From Acidimicrobiia bacterium (lineage in GTDB: Bacteria; Actinomycetota; Acidimicrobiia; Spongiisociales; ZC4RG35), in NCBI GenBank assembly GCA_036556665.1, contig DATBIX010000046.1:11199-75198 (forward strand): 64,000 bases of DNA, in the 5' to 3' direction. Position numbers and translations under genes: made by a program. Of the stretch, positions 15,555 to 24,614 are shown piece after piece. Every line of letters begins with the position of its first letter. The stretch's first letter is position 1. The notes beneath the pieces are model-generated. The model was not told the origin of the DNA and did no database searches. It was given only the letters and a program-made list of their open reading frames with translations.

Positions 15555-17456
15555 TCACCTGTGGGCGATGTCCAACGTCCCATCGCTGTGGACCGTCAAA
15601 GTGTCACCCGGCTCGAGCCAGACGGCCGAGTCGTCCTCGATGACTACGCCCGGGCCCGATGACTCGAAGCCGGCCGGGAGAAGACTGCGATTCCAAATCG
15701 GCAAACCCGCTTCGTCGAGGACCGGCGCGGGGACGTCCGTGACGTTGACCGCAGGCAGGTCGCCCCAGCCGATGGGCGGCTGCCCGGTCACCTCGGCCCT
15801 GACATTGACCAGCTCGATCGGCTCGCCGTCCCGCACGAACCCGAACCGGGAGTTGTGCTCGCTCTCGAAGTTTCGACGTAACCCGTCCCATTCGTGAATC
15901 ATGGGGACAGCGAGCTCGTGGGCCTGCCCGGCATAGCGCACCTCGCCGATAGAGACCAGGTTTCTGCCTTCGACCCCGTGGTCACGCCGGAAGGCATCCC
16001 TGGCCTCAGTCTCGATCGACCAAGCCGCCGCGGGCAGCCCGGGGGACCCCTCCCCCAGCATCACCGTGCGCAGGGCGTCGCTGCGGGGCCGGGCCAGCAG
16101 CAGACCCAGTGCCGAGAACACACCGGACAGTGGGGGCACCAGGGTGCGTGGCGCGCCGAGACGCCGGGCGAGACGGGAAGCGTGCAGTCCACCTGCGCCG
16201 CCAAATGCAACCAGGACGGAGTCCCTGGGATCCACCCCCTCCTCGACCGAGACGGCGCGCAGGGCCCGTTCCATGTGAGTGTCCACTACCTCGAGGATCC
16301 CGGCTGCCACGGATGGGGCCTCCATTCCCAGGTCTGCGCCCAGCCTCGACAGGGCCCCGGTCGCAGCGACCGGATCGAGCGGGACCGAGCCGCCCATGGC
16401 GAGACCGGCAGGGATCCGACCGAGGGCGACATTGGCGTCGGTGACGGTTGCCTGGTCCCCACCCATCCCGTAGGCGGCGGGGCCGGGCGAGGAGCCTGCC
16501 GAACGTGGCCCGACTCGAAGCGCCCCTCCCTGGTCGATCCAGGCGATGCTCCCCCCACCGGCACCGATCGTTCGCACCGGGAGGGCAGGGACACGATTCA
16601 CCCATCCGGCCCCGGCACGGCGCGGCGATCCTGCCGTCACACCCCCTGTGATACGGCACACATCGGTCGACGTGCCCCCCATGTCGAAGCTGATCACCGA
16701 CTGGTGCCCTTTGGCCAGACCGAGCTCGGTGGCGGCGACGACTCCGGCCGCAGGGCCGGAGAGGACCAGCCGACCCGCATAGGAAATGGCGGACTCGAAG
16801 GGGAGCAGACCCCCGGAAGAGGTCATGACCAACCGGCGACGGACAGTCGTGGCACCCTCGAGCCGCTTCAGGTAACCGGAGACCTCGGGGGTGAGAAAGG
16901 CGTTGAGAACGGTGGTCGCCACTCGCTCGTACTCACGGAAAGCAGGCGAGACCTGGGCTCCGCTGGACACCGGCGCGCCGATCCTCTCACCGATGGCCGC
17001 CGCCAGCGCCATCTCCTCCTCAGGATGGTCGAAGGAACGGATCAAGGCGACCGCCACCGCCTCGGCGCCCGATGAGACCACCGACTCGACAATGTCCGCC
17101 AGGTCTCCGTCGTAGCCAAACCGCCTCGATCGGTCTACCAGCGGCGGGGGTCGGTCGACGAACACGTCGTAGAGAGACGGACGCGCCTGACGCCCGATCT
17201 CGATCAGGTCCTCGAAGCCGCGGGAAGTGACCAGAGCGGTCCGGGCGCCACGACCCTCGAGAAGGGCGTTGGTGCCTGCCGTGGTGCCATGGAGGAACAT
17301 GGTCGCGCTGTCGCTCTCAACGCCCGAGATCGCGGCAATGACCCCGGCCGCCTGGTCGGAAGTGGTCAACGCCTTCCATCCGCGGATCGAGACGCCGTCG
17401 AAGACGACCACATCGGTGAACGTCCCTCCGACGTCCACCCCGACGGTCATGACCAC
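15555..17456 (-). CDS. Hydantoinase A / oxoprolinase family protein (HyuA-like)
   Basis: N-terminal VGVDVGGTFTDVV ATPase motif and a later FDMGGTSTDV motif. The start is GTG 17456 or ATG 17450. Confidence 0.85.
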   Translation of the reverse strand: MVMTVGVDVGGTFTDVVVFDGVSIRGWKALTTSDQAAGVIAAISGVESDSATMFLHGTTAGTNALLEGRGARTALVTSRGFEDLIEIGRQARPSLYDVFVDRPPPLVDRSRRFGYDGDLADIVESVVSSGAEAVAVALIRSFDHPEEEMALAAAIGERIGAPVSSGAQVSPAFREYERVATTVLNAFLTPEVSGYLKRLEGATTVRRRLVMTSSGGLLPFESAISYAGRLVLSGPAAGVVAATELGLAKGHQSVISFDMGGTSTDVCRITGGVTAGSPRRAGAGWVNRVPALPVRTIGAGGGSIAWIDQGGALRVGPRSAGSSPGPAAYGMGGDQATVTDANVALGRIPAGLAMGGSVPLDPVAATGALSRLGADLGMEAPSVAAGILEVVDTHMERALRAVSVEEGVDPRDSVLVAFGGAGGLHASRLARRLGAPRTLVPPLSGVFSALGLLLARPRSDALRTVMLGEGSPGLPAAAWSIETEARDAFRRDHGVEGRNLVSIGEVRYAGQAHELAVPMIHEWDGLRRNFESEHNSRFGFVRDGEPIELVNVRAEVTGQPPIGWGDLPAVNVTDVPAPVLDEAGLPIWNRSLLPAGFESSGPGVVIEDDSAVWLEPGDTLTVHSDGTLDIAHR

Positions 17457-17461
17457 CCGAT

Positions 17462-17467
17462 TAACCT
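17462..17467 (+). promoter_or_regulatory. -10-like hexamer TAACCT, 6 nt upstream of the nfu-like ATG (leaderless-type)
   Basis: TANNNT-N6-ATG spacing with no SD. Confidence 0.35.
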
Positions 17468-17473
17468 CGGCTC

Positions 17474-17731
17474 ATGGCTGTCATCGTCGACTTGTCGCCC
17501 AACCCGAATGCAATGAAGTTCTCGGTGGGACAGCCGGTGGGCGGGCCGACCACACACGTCGCCGGCTCCACCCCGGAGGAGGCGTTCGCAGCGGACCTGC
17601 TTGCCATCCCAGGAGTCACCAGCATCTTCATGACCGCCGACTTCGTGACCATCTCCAAGGCTCCCGACGCCTCATGGGACGCCATCATCCCGGAGGCGAC
17701 TTCGATCCTAGAGGGCGAGTTCGGGGGCTGA
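17474..17731 (+). CDS. Nfu/NifU N-terminal-domain protein (85 aa)
   Basis: The SPNPNAMKFSVG motif is characteristic of the Nfu_N scaffold domain. Confidence 0.7.
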   Translation: MAVIVDLSPNPNAMKFSVGQPVGGPTTHVAGSTPEEAFAADLLAIPGVTSIFMTADFVTISKAPDASWDAIIPEATSILEGEFGG

Positions 17732-17733
17732 TC

Positions 17734-18588
17734 TCAGGGAACGATGACAGTCACCGGTCGGCTGACCCCGTCGGGCGCCGGGGCCACGACCACGACCTGC
17801 CACTGGCCTGAACCGCTGTCGATTCCGCCCAGGATCTCGGTCCCACCCGACTGCTCGCGGGCGGCGTTGGCGATCTCGTCTGGCACCTCACTCAGCGACA
17901 AGGTGTGGGCGTCGCCCACGTCGGCGGGGCGAATGCTGGGCGGCATCACCACCTGGGGCGTCTCGTTTTCCATCCTCACCTCGACCGACACTTGGAGAGG
18001 AGGTTGCCTCTGGTAGGCGCCGTCGCCACCTGCGGCCAGAGATCGGGCCAGCACGTCGACCCTGAACTGGAGCGGGCCCGACTCCTCCACGGCGAGGGCC
18101 CGCACCCACTCGACGAAGACACGGGTCCCCTCGGGTGCGACCGGGAGGGGAACGCCGGCGGGAAGAAGAGCCTCGAGGGTCTGCCTCCCCTGCTCGGAGC
18201 CGTCGACGGTCAGGTACTCGGCGACGAACCACTCGGCGTGAGCCACAACTCGATCGATCACCCGCTCCGGGTGGACGGCATAGAGGTCGGCCTCGGCTGC
18301 CATCACCGACGACGTTGGTGGCATTGCGGCGACCGGCGGCGGCGGCGGGGAGGCCACGGTCACGGTCGCCGAGGTGCCGGCGGTGCTGGGAACATCGACC
18401 GGACCGGGTCGGTTGCTCATGAACGAGTAGGCGAGCGATCCGAGTACCAGCGCACCCGCCAGCCCATACATCAGCCAGGGGCGCTCGGTCTTCTTCTCCT
18501 CTAGCGTCTCCCACGGGATCCGCTCGTACACCTCGTTCCTCTCCGGCTCCACGTCATCGAAGGTATGGGACGGTGCACGGCGGTTCAA
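17734..18588 (-). CDS. Hypothetical membrane-anchored protein (single TM, Pro-rich linker, extracytoplasmic domain)
   Basis: TM segment WLMYGLAGALVLGSLAYSFM followed by PPPPPVAAMPP. The start (TTG 18588) is uncertain. Confidence 0.45.
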   Translation of the reverse strand: MNRRAPSHTFDDVEPERNEVYERIPWETLEEKKTERPWLMYGLAGALVLGSLAYSFMSNRPGPVDVPSTAGTSATVTVASPPPPPVAAMPPTSSVMAAEADLYAVHPERVIDRVVAHAEWFVAEYLTVDGSEQGRQTLEALLPAGVPLPVAPEGTRVFVEWVRALAVEESGPLQFRVDVLARSLAAGGDGAYQRQPPLQVSVEVRMENETPQVVMPPSIRPADVGDAHTLSLSEVPDEIANAAREQSGGTEILGGIDSGSGQWQVVVVAPAPDGVSRPVTVIVP

Positions 18589-18647
18589 GAGGGCCGTTGC
18601 GGTGCAGACCCGTGAGACCGACGGCGACAGCTATCGTTTCGGCGGTC

Positions 18648-19253
18648 ATGGCAGTCAACCCCGACCCGAAGCCGGGCCGCTGGATTCTCCCCCTCGTGAT
18701 CCTGGGGATGATCGCGTTCACCTACTTCTTCGTCAGGTCCCTGCCCGAGGCTTCGCCCGATACCACTCTCGCCGCCGCGAGCAGCACCGTCCCGAGTGAC
18801 GGCTCGTCGACCACCGTTCCCGGCACCAGCGGGACTACGGTCGGCGGCGCAGATGCCTATATCACAGAGTTGGATCGGATCAACGGTGAGTTCCAGACTC
18901 TGAACGCCGAATTGGTTGCAGTCAATTCCGGCTTCGATGCGGAGCCGAGGGAGGTCGAATACTCGGACGCCGAGAGCCGGATGGAGGCTGTCGCCACCCA
19001 AGCCCAGACCCTGTCCGACGAGGTCGCCGCCCTCACTCCCCCTGCCGGGTTGGAAGCGAATCAGGAGGCTCTGGCCAGCCAAGCCAGTCTGGCGGCACGG
19101 GCGGCCGACGAGGCGCTTTCGGGTCTCACGTCGACCGACCCCGGCGACCTGCGCCGTGCTGCGGTGACAACCTTCACCAACGCCGTCACCGACTTCGACG
19201 TCGAGGTCGAGAACACCCGCACCGCCGCCGGGGGAACAGCGCCCGACGCCTGA
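18648..19253 (+). CDS. Hypothetical membrane-anchored protein (201 aa), helical Ala/Glu-rich ectodomain
   Basis: Trimmed to ATG 18648 (MAVNPDPKPGRWILPLVILGMIAFTYFF...). 1-nt overlap (TGATG) with the following Eis-like gene. Confidence 0.5.
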   Translation: MAVNPDPKPGRWILPLVILGMIAFTYFFVRSLPEASPDTTLAAASSTVPSDGSSTTVPGTSGTTVGGADAYITELDRINGEFQTLNAELVAVNSGFDAEPREVEYSDAESRMEAVATQAQTLSDEVAALTPPAGLEANQEALASQASLAARAADEALSGLTSTDPGDLRRAAVTTFTNAVTDFDVEVENTRTAAGGTAPDA

Positions 19254-20467
19254 TGAGCATCGAGTTCCGGGCGATCGAGCCCGGAGAGTTCGACTCCCTG
19301 AGGAGGAGCCTCGGTCTCGCATTCGGGGTCGAGCCTCACCCCGACGACGGTCGCCTTCGCACCTGTCTCCCCCTGTCCCGCACCCGATGTGGCTTCGAGG
19401 ACGGGCTCATGGTGAGCACATCGGGTGCACACGAGCTGGAGATGACGGTCCCGGGCGGCGTGGTCCGCTGCGCCGGCACGACCATCGTCTCGGTGGCACC
19501 GACCCATCGGCGCCAGGGTCTGTTGTCTCGGATGATGCGGGCCCACCTCGACGACGTCCGCGAGCACGAGGAGCCGATCGCGGCCCTGTGGGCCACCGAC
19601 AGTGCCATCTACGGCCGGTATGGGTTCGGTTGCTCCGCCGTGTGCGACGAGGTCACGATCGACCGGGGACACGTAGAGCTCCATCGACTCGCTCCCAGCC
19701 CGAGCACTGTTCGATTCGTCGAAGCCGACGATGCGACGACCCTGCTTCCCCCCTTTTACGAGACCATCAGACGGACGATTCCCGGCTACATCGGCCGGGG
19801 AGACGATTGGTGGGAGCACTACCGCTTCTACGACCCCGACCACGAGCGGAAGGGGAGGACCGCCTATCGGTATGTGGTCGTGGATGGAGAGGACGGCATC
19901 GCCGGATTCGCTCAGTATCGATCCAAGCTCGAATTCGCCGAAGGCCACGGTGCAGGCAAGGTCGAGGTGCGAGAGCTGGTTGGGACCACGCCCGAGTCTT
20001 GGGCCGGTCTTTGGTCGTTCGTGCTCAACCTCGACTTGATCGCCGAGATAACCGCCGACCTGAGACCGCCGTGGGACCCGGTCTTCGACCTCCTCGCCGG
20101 GACCAGGCGCGCCGCCGCCACCCGGTCGGATTCGCTATGGGTGCGGATCATGGACGTCCCGGCAGCCCTCACCGCCCGCGCCTATCCGGCCGAAGTCGAC
20201 GTGGTGCTCCAGGTCGACGACCCGCTCGGCGACGTCAGTGGCGTCTACCGGCTCAGCGGCAACGGCGACGACGTCTCCTGCCGGAGGGTGGCCGCCGAGG
20301 CCGACGTCGCCATCGACCTGGAGGACCTGAGCGCCTGTTACATGGGTCGTGCCCGCTTCCGTCAACTGGCCCGGGCAGGGCGTCTCAGCGGCGACCGCGA
20401 GACTCTCACCAGGCTCGACCTGGCATTCGGCTGGGATACCGAGCCATGGTGCCCCGAGATCTTCTGA
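19253..20467 (+). CDS. Eis-like GNAT acetyltransferase with C-terminal SCP2-like domain (404 aa)
   Basis: VAPTHRRQGLLSRMM ... ALWATDSAIYGRYGFG. The length and three-domain layout are typical of enhanced-intracellular-survival-type acetyltransferases. Confidence 0.7.
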   Translation: MSIEFRAIEPGEFDSLRRSLGLAFGVEPHPDDGRLRTCLPLSRTRCGFEDGLMVSTSGAHELEMTVPGGVVRCAGTTIVSVAPTHRRQGLLSRMMRAHLDDVREHEEPIAALWATDSAIYGRYGFGCSAVCDEVTIDRGHVELHRLAPSPSTVRFVEADDATTLLPPFYETIRRTIPGYIGRGDDWWEHYRFYDPDHERKGRTAYRYVVVDGEDGIAGFAQYRSKLEFAEGHGAGKVEVRELVGTTPESWAGLWSFVLNLDLIAEITADLRPPWDPVFDLLAGTRRAAATRSDSLWVRIMDVPAALTARAYPAEVDVVLQVDDPLGDVSGVYRLSGNGDDVSCRRVAAEADVAIDLEDLSACYMGRARFRQLARAGRLSGDRETLTRLDLAFGWDTEPWCPEIF

Positions 20468-20486
20468 GCCCCGGGTACCGGACAGG

Positions 20487-20546
20487 GCGAGGGCCCGCCT
20501 GCCGACGGACCCTCGCTTACGTGCCACGCATCACGCGACACGTAAG
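20487..20546. terminator. Two adjacent stem-loops between the convergent eis-like and glnA genes
   Basis: GCGAGGG (20487-20493) pairs with CCCTCGC (20510-20516). CTTACGTG (20516-20523) pairs with CACGTAAG (20539-20546). Neither is followed by a U-run. Confidence 0.35.
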
Positions 20547-20573
20547 AGTCGACGAGGCCGGGAGGCCCCGGGC

Positions 20574-21998
20574 TCAGATGTCGTAGTAGAGGCTGAACTC
20601 GTACGGATGGGGTCGGAGACGGACCGGGTCGACCTCGTGCTCGACCTTGTAGTCGATCCATGCATCGATCAGCCCCTGCGAGAACACCCCGCCCTGGAGG
20701 AGGAACTCGTGATCCGACCGCAGGGCGTCGAGCGCCTCGGGAAGGCTCCCCGGAACCGAGGGGAGACCGGCCAGCTCCGATGGGGGAAGGTCGTAGATGT
20801 CCTTGTCCACCGGCTCATGGGGCTCGATCCGGTTCTGCACCCCGTCGAGGCCCGCCATCAGCATCGCCGAGAACGCCAGGTACGGGTTGCAGGACGGGTC
20901 GGGGCACCGGAACTCGAGCCGCTTGGCCGCCGGAGCCTGCGAGTACTGCGGGATCCGGATCGCCGCCGAGCGGTTCCGGCTCGAGTAGACCAGGTTGACA
21001 GGTGCCTCGTACCCGGGCACGAGACGGTGATAGGAGTTCGTGGTAGGAGCGGCGAAGGCGAGGATGGCGGCGGCGTGCTTGAGCAGCCCCCCGATGTACC
21101 ACCGCGCCATATCTGATAGCCCGGCGTAGCCCGACTCGTCGAAGAAGAGCGGCTCGCCCCCCTTCCACAAGGACTGGTGGGTGTGCATGCCCGACCCGTT
21201 GTCCTCGAAGATCGGCTTGGGCATGAAGGTCACCGACTTGCCGTACTCCCAGGCCGTGTTCTTCACGATGTACTTGTACAAGGTGACGTTGTCGGCGGTG
21301 CGGAGCAGCGTGTCGTACCTCATGTCGATCTCGGCCTGACCGGCGGTCCCGACCTCGTGGTGCTGTACCTCGATCTCGATGCCGGCCGCCTCCAGGTTGG
21401 CCGTCATCTCGGAGCGGAGGTCCTGGAAGTGATCGGTCGGGGGAACCGGGAAGTATCCCTCCTTGTAGCGGGGCTTGTACCCGAGGTTCCCTCCCTCCTC
21501 GTACTCACCCGAGTTCCAGGCACCCTCGATCGAGTCGACGTAGTAGAAGCCCGAGAACTGGTTCTGACCGAAGCGGACGTCGTCGAAGATGTAGAACTCG
21601 GCCTCCGGCCCCCAATAGGACGTATCGGCGATCCCGGTGCTGATCAGGTACTCCTCGGCCTTCTTGGCGATGTACCGCGGGTCTCGGTCGTAAGGGGTGC
21701 CGGTGACCGGGTCGTTGACGAAGCAGTAGAGGATCAGGGTCTTGCGGGCCCGGAATGGATCGTCGATGGCGGTGCCCGGGTCGGGGATCAGGATCATGTC
21801 CGATTCCTGGATCTGCTGGAAGCCACGGATCGACGAGCCGTCGAATCCGAAACCGTCCTCGAAGGAGTCCTCGGTCAACTGCTTGACCGGGACGGTGAAA
21901 TGCTGGACTTGCCCGGGCAGGTCACAGAAGCGCAGGTCGACGAATTCGTACCCCTCATCGGCGACGAGGGACAAGACGTCGGCAGCCGTCTTGCTCAC
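20574..21998 (-). CDS. glnA: Glutamine synthetase, type I (474 aa)
   Basis: GTG start at 21998 preceded by AAGGAG. Conserved GSI blocks are present ([25 protein letters not shown]) and the length is typical. Confidence 0.95.
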   Translation of the reverse strand: MSKTAADVLSLVADEGYEFVDLRFCDLPGQVQHFTVPVKQLTEDSFEDGFGFDGSSIRGFQQIQESDMILIPDPGTAIDDPFRARKTLILYCFVNDPVTGTPYDRDPRYIAKKAEEYLISTGIADTSYWGPEAEFYIFDDVRFGQNQFSGFYYVDSIEGAWNSGEYEEGGNLGYKPRYKEGYFPVPPTDHFQDLRSEMTANLEAAGIEIEVQHHEVGTAGQAEIDMRYDTLLRTADNVTLYKYIVKNTAWEYGKSVTFMPKPIFEDNGSGMHTHQSLWKGGEPLFFDESGYAGLSDMARWYIGGLLKHAAAILAFAAPTTNSYHRLVPGYEAPVNLVYSSRNRSAAIRIPQYSQAPAAKRLEFRCPDPSCNPYLAFSAMLMAGLDGVQNRIEPHEPVDKDIYDLPPSELAGLPSVPGSLPEALDALRSDHEFLLQGGVFSQGLIDAWIDYKVEHEVDPVRLRPHPYEFSLYYDI

Positions 21999-22027
21999 GG
22001 GAGCTCCTTTCCGTTCGATTGCCTGTC

Positions 22028-22099
22028 GTGAACGACGGCTTTGTAACAGAGGGGCCGTTTCACACCAGTTGCCGCATTGTGAACGCTGTGTTTCGTCAC
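22028..22099. promoter_or_regulatory. Cluster of GTnAC / GnAAC half-sites (GlnR-box-like) upstream of glnA
   Basis: On the glnA-sense strand the sequence reads GTTCAC-aatgcg-GCAAC-tggtgt-GAAAC (plus 22084->22057). Additional half-sites are GTTAC (22047->22043), GTTCAC (22033->22028) and GTGACGAAAC (22099->22090). Confidence 0.4.
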
Positions 22100-22179
22100 C
22101 GGCCCGAGGACCGGGAACTCCATGTCGGGCGTCTGGCACCGAGCGCGGCGATTGCCGTCGCAGCCGGGGAGCACAGTCT

Positions 22180-22185
22180 CATAAT
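22180..22185 (+). promoter_or_regulatory. -10-like hexamer CATAAT, 6 nt upstream of the corA GTG (leaderless-type)
   Basis: CATAAT-ccaccc-GTG with no SD. Confidence 0.35.
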
Positions 22186-22191
22186 CCACCC

Positions 22192-23325
22192 GTGCAGCGG
22201 CTCTACCACAAGCGAGACGCCGATTCGCCTCTGGCCGAGGTTCCCGTGCCCGATCTTGGCCATCTCGTCTCGGAGCCGGGGTACTTCTGGCTCGACCTGC
22301 TGGGCGAGGACCCGGATGACATCATCGCTCTCGGCAAGATCGTCGGCATCGATCGGGCATCGCTGGCAGAGGCGATCGACGTCTCACTGCTGCCGCGTAC
22401 CGAGGAGCACGAACGGTTCGTCTACGTGGTGCTCAACGGCCTCACCCCGAGCGCCGACAACAGGCTCAAGACGACCGAGATCGACCTCTTCGTCGGCAAG
22501 ACCTTCCTCGTCACGATCCACCGAGACTCGCTCCCAGCGGTCGAGTGGCTCCAGTCGCCCGAGAATGCGGCGAGCACCACCAACCTGGACAGCCCGGCAC
22601 AGCTGACCGCATTCATCGCCCAACTGGGCACCCGGCGATATCTCCCCCTGACCCAGGCCCTCGACGACCGGATCGAGGTGCTCGAGGAGATGGCCATGGC
22701 CTCCGACCCGCGCACTCTCTCCGAGGTCCATGCCCTGAGACGCGACGTGGGTCTGATTCGGCGCACCCTCGCACCGCAGCGCGATGTCTTCAACGAGCTG
22801 GCCGAGAGCATCCACCCCGCCATCGATCCTGTGGCGGCGCGCGCATTCGACAGAGTGTTCGATCATCATCTCAAGCTGGTCGATTCCCTGGACAACGCCC
22901 GCGCTCTTCTCTCCTCCGTCCTGGAGACCCATCGTGGAGCGGTGGCCGACCAGACCAACGAGATCATCAGGGTGCTCACCGTGTTCTCGGCGATCCTCCT
23001 CCCCATGTCGGTCGTCGCCGGGATGTGGGGGATGAACTTCATCGAGGTGCCACTGGCCGACGAGACCTGGGGCTTCTGGGCATTGGTGGGCCTGATGCTG
23101 GTCATGGGTCTCGGCCTCTGGCTCTACTTCGGCCGACGACGATTCGTCGGCGGGCCTCGGCTCAAGGACCTCCCTCGATCGGTGGGGCTGGGGCTGATCC
23201 AGATCGGGAGCTTCCCGATCAAGGTGGTGTCCACCGGTGCCAGACAGGTTGGCAAGATCGTGACCGACGTCGCCATGGGCGACTCCGGCGACGGGGGCGA
23301 TGGGCAGCCCCGTCGACCTGATTAG
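22192..23325 (+). CDS. corA: CorA-family magnesium/cobalt transporter (377 aa)
   Basis: GMWGMNF (GMN) motif between two C-terminal TM helices. Trimmed from ORF 21742..23325 to GTG 22192. The upstream part of that ORF is antisense to glnA. Confidence 0.85.
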   Translation: MQRLYHKRDADSPLAEVPVPDLGHLVSEPGYFWLDLLGEDPDDIIALGKIVGIDRASLAEAIDVSLLPRTEEHERFVYVVLNGLTPSADNRLKTTEIDLFVGKTFLVTIHRDSLPAVEWLQSPENAASTTNLDSPAQLTAFIAQLGTRRYLPLTQALDDRIEVLEEMAMASDPRTLSEVHALRRDVGLIRRTLAPQRDVFNELAESIHPAIDPVAARAFDRVFDHHLKLVDSLDNARALLSSVLETHRGAVADQTNEIIRVLTVFSAILLPMSVVAGMWGMNFIEVPLADETWGFWALVGLMLVMGLGLWLYFGRRRFVGGPRLKDLPRSVGLGLIQIGSFPIKVVSTGARQVGKIVTDVAMGDSGDGGDGQPRRPD

Positions 23326-23339
23326 CGTCGCGGCACGTC

Positions 23340-24614
23340 ATGCCGGCCACAGTCGTCCTCGGAGCCCAGTGGGGCGATGAGGGAAAGGGACGCGTCGTCG
23401 ACTTCTTCGCAGAGTCGGCCGACTTCGTCGTCCGCTACCAGGGAGGGAACAACGCCGGTCACACCATCGTCGTCGGCGAGGAGCGCCTCGCCCTCTCCTT
23501 GATCCCGTCCGGGATCCACTACCCCAATTGCACCCCGGTGATCGCCTCGGGCACCGTGATCGACCCGAAGGTGCTCATCTCGGAGATGGAGATGGTGGCG
23601 GGTCGTGGCCTCGATCCGTCTCGGGTGAGGATCTCGTCCAACGCCCACCTGATCATGCCCTATCACCGCAAGCTCGATGCCGCCATCGAGAGATACCTCG
23701 GCAAGAATCAGATCGGGACCACCAAGCGGGGGATCGGGCCGGCCTACACCGACAAATACGCCCGGTTCGGGATACGGGTCCAGGACCTGTTCGACCCGAA
23801 GATCTTCAGAGAGAAGGTGGTGGCCGCTCTCGTCGAGAAGAACAAGATCCTGCCCCGGGTCTACAACACCCTGCCCATGGATCCGGACGAGATAATCGAC
23901 GAGTACACCGATTACGCCGACGCGCTCCGACCCCACGTCACCGACACGTCGCTGCTCATCTGGGAAGGGCTCCAGGCAGGGCAGCGGGTTCTCTTCGAGG
24001 GTGCTCAGGGCACCCTGCTCGACATCGACCACGGGACCTATCCCTTCGTCACCTCCTCCAACCCCACCGCGGGCGGGGCGGCGGTGGGTTCGGGAATCGG
24101 GCCCCGGGCAATCGACGAGGTGGTGGGGGTGGCCAAGGCGTATATCTCGAGGGTGGGCACCGGGCCGTTCCCCACGGAGCTGAACGATGAAGTCGGCGAC
24201 CGGATGATCGAGCTCGGTGGTGAGTACGGGACCGTCACCGGGCGGCGCCGGCGTTGCGGATGGCTCGACCTCGTCGCCCTCCGCTACGCCAACCGGGTCA
24301 ACACCTTCACCCGGCTCTTCCTCACCAAGCTCGACATCCTCTCCGCCTTCGACACGATCAAGGTGGCCAGCGCCTACCGCGCCGGTGGCGAGCGACACCT
24401 CGAGTTCCCCTCCCAACAGAGCGTGCTCTATCACTGCGAGCCCGAGTACGAGGAGCTGGCCGGCTGGGGCGAGGACATCACCGACGTTCGCACCTATCGG
24501 GATCTGCCCGGGGCGGCACGCGCCTACATCGAGCACATCCAGGAGAGTGTGGGGGTGCCCATCTCCTGGGTCTCGGTGGGCCCGGAGCGAAGCCAACTGA
24601 TCGAGATCCAATGA
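23340..24614 (+). CDS. purA: Adenylosuccinate synthetase
   Basis: N-terminal GAQWGDEGKGRVVD P-loop, GNNAGHT and TTKRGIGPAY motifs. Confidence 0.95.
   Translation: MPATVVLGAQWGDEGKGRVVDFFAESADFVVRYQGGNNAGHTIVVGEERLALSLIPSGIHYPNCTPVIASGTVIDPKVLISEMEMVAGRGLDPSRVRISSNAHLIMPYHRKLDAAIERYLGKNQIGTTKRGIGPAYTDKYARFGIRVQDLFDPKIFREKVVAALVEKNKILPRVYNTLPMDPDEIIDEYTDYADALRPHVTDTSLLIWEGLQAGQRVLFEGAQGTLLDIDHGTYPFVTSSNPTAGGAAVGSGIGPRAIDEVVGVAKAYISRVGTGPFPTELNDEVGDRMIELGGEYGTVTGRRRRCGWLDLVALRYANRVNTFTRLFLTKLDILSAFDTIKVASAYRAGGERHLEFPSQQSVLYHCEPEYEELAGWGEDITDVRTYRDLPGAARAYIEHIQESVGVPISWVSVGPERSQLIEIQ

Noticed and set aside
13205-15583. A 792-aa minus-strand ORF suggested by the track as a single gene.
   Set aside because: Only the C-terminal 512 aa (from GTG 14743, VTTDPITLEV...) is HyuB. 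The N-terminal 280 aa is Arg/Pro-rich nonsense that overlaps, in another frame, the clearly real AlkD-like gene (14740..15435).
22000-22191. A possible Mg2+ (M-box/ykoK) riboswitch in front of corA.
   Set aside because: The sequence shows none of the M-box conserved helices or motifs that I remember. A -10-like CATAAT 6 nt before the GTG argues for a leaderless corA mRNA with no room for a riboswitch.
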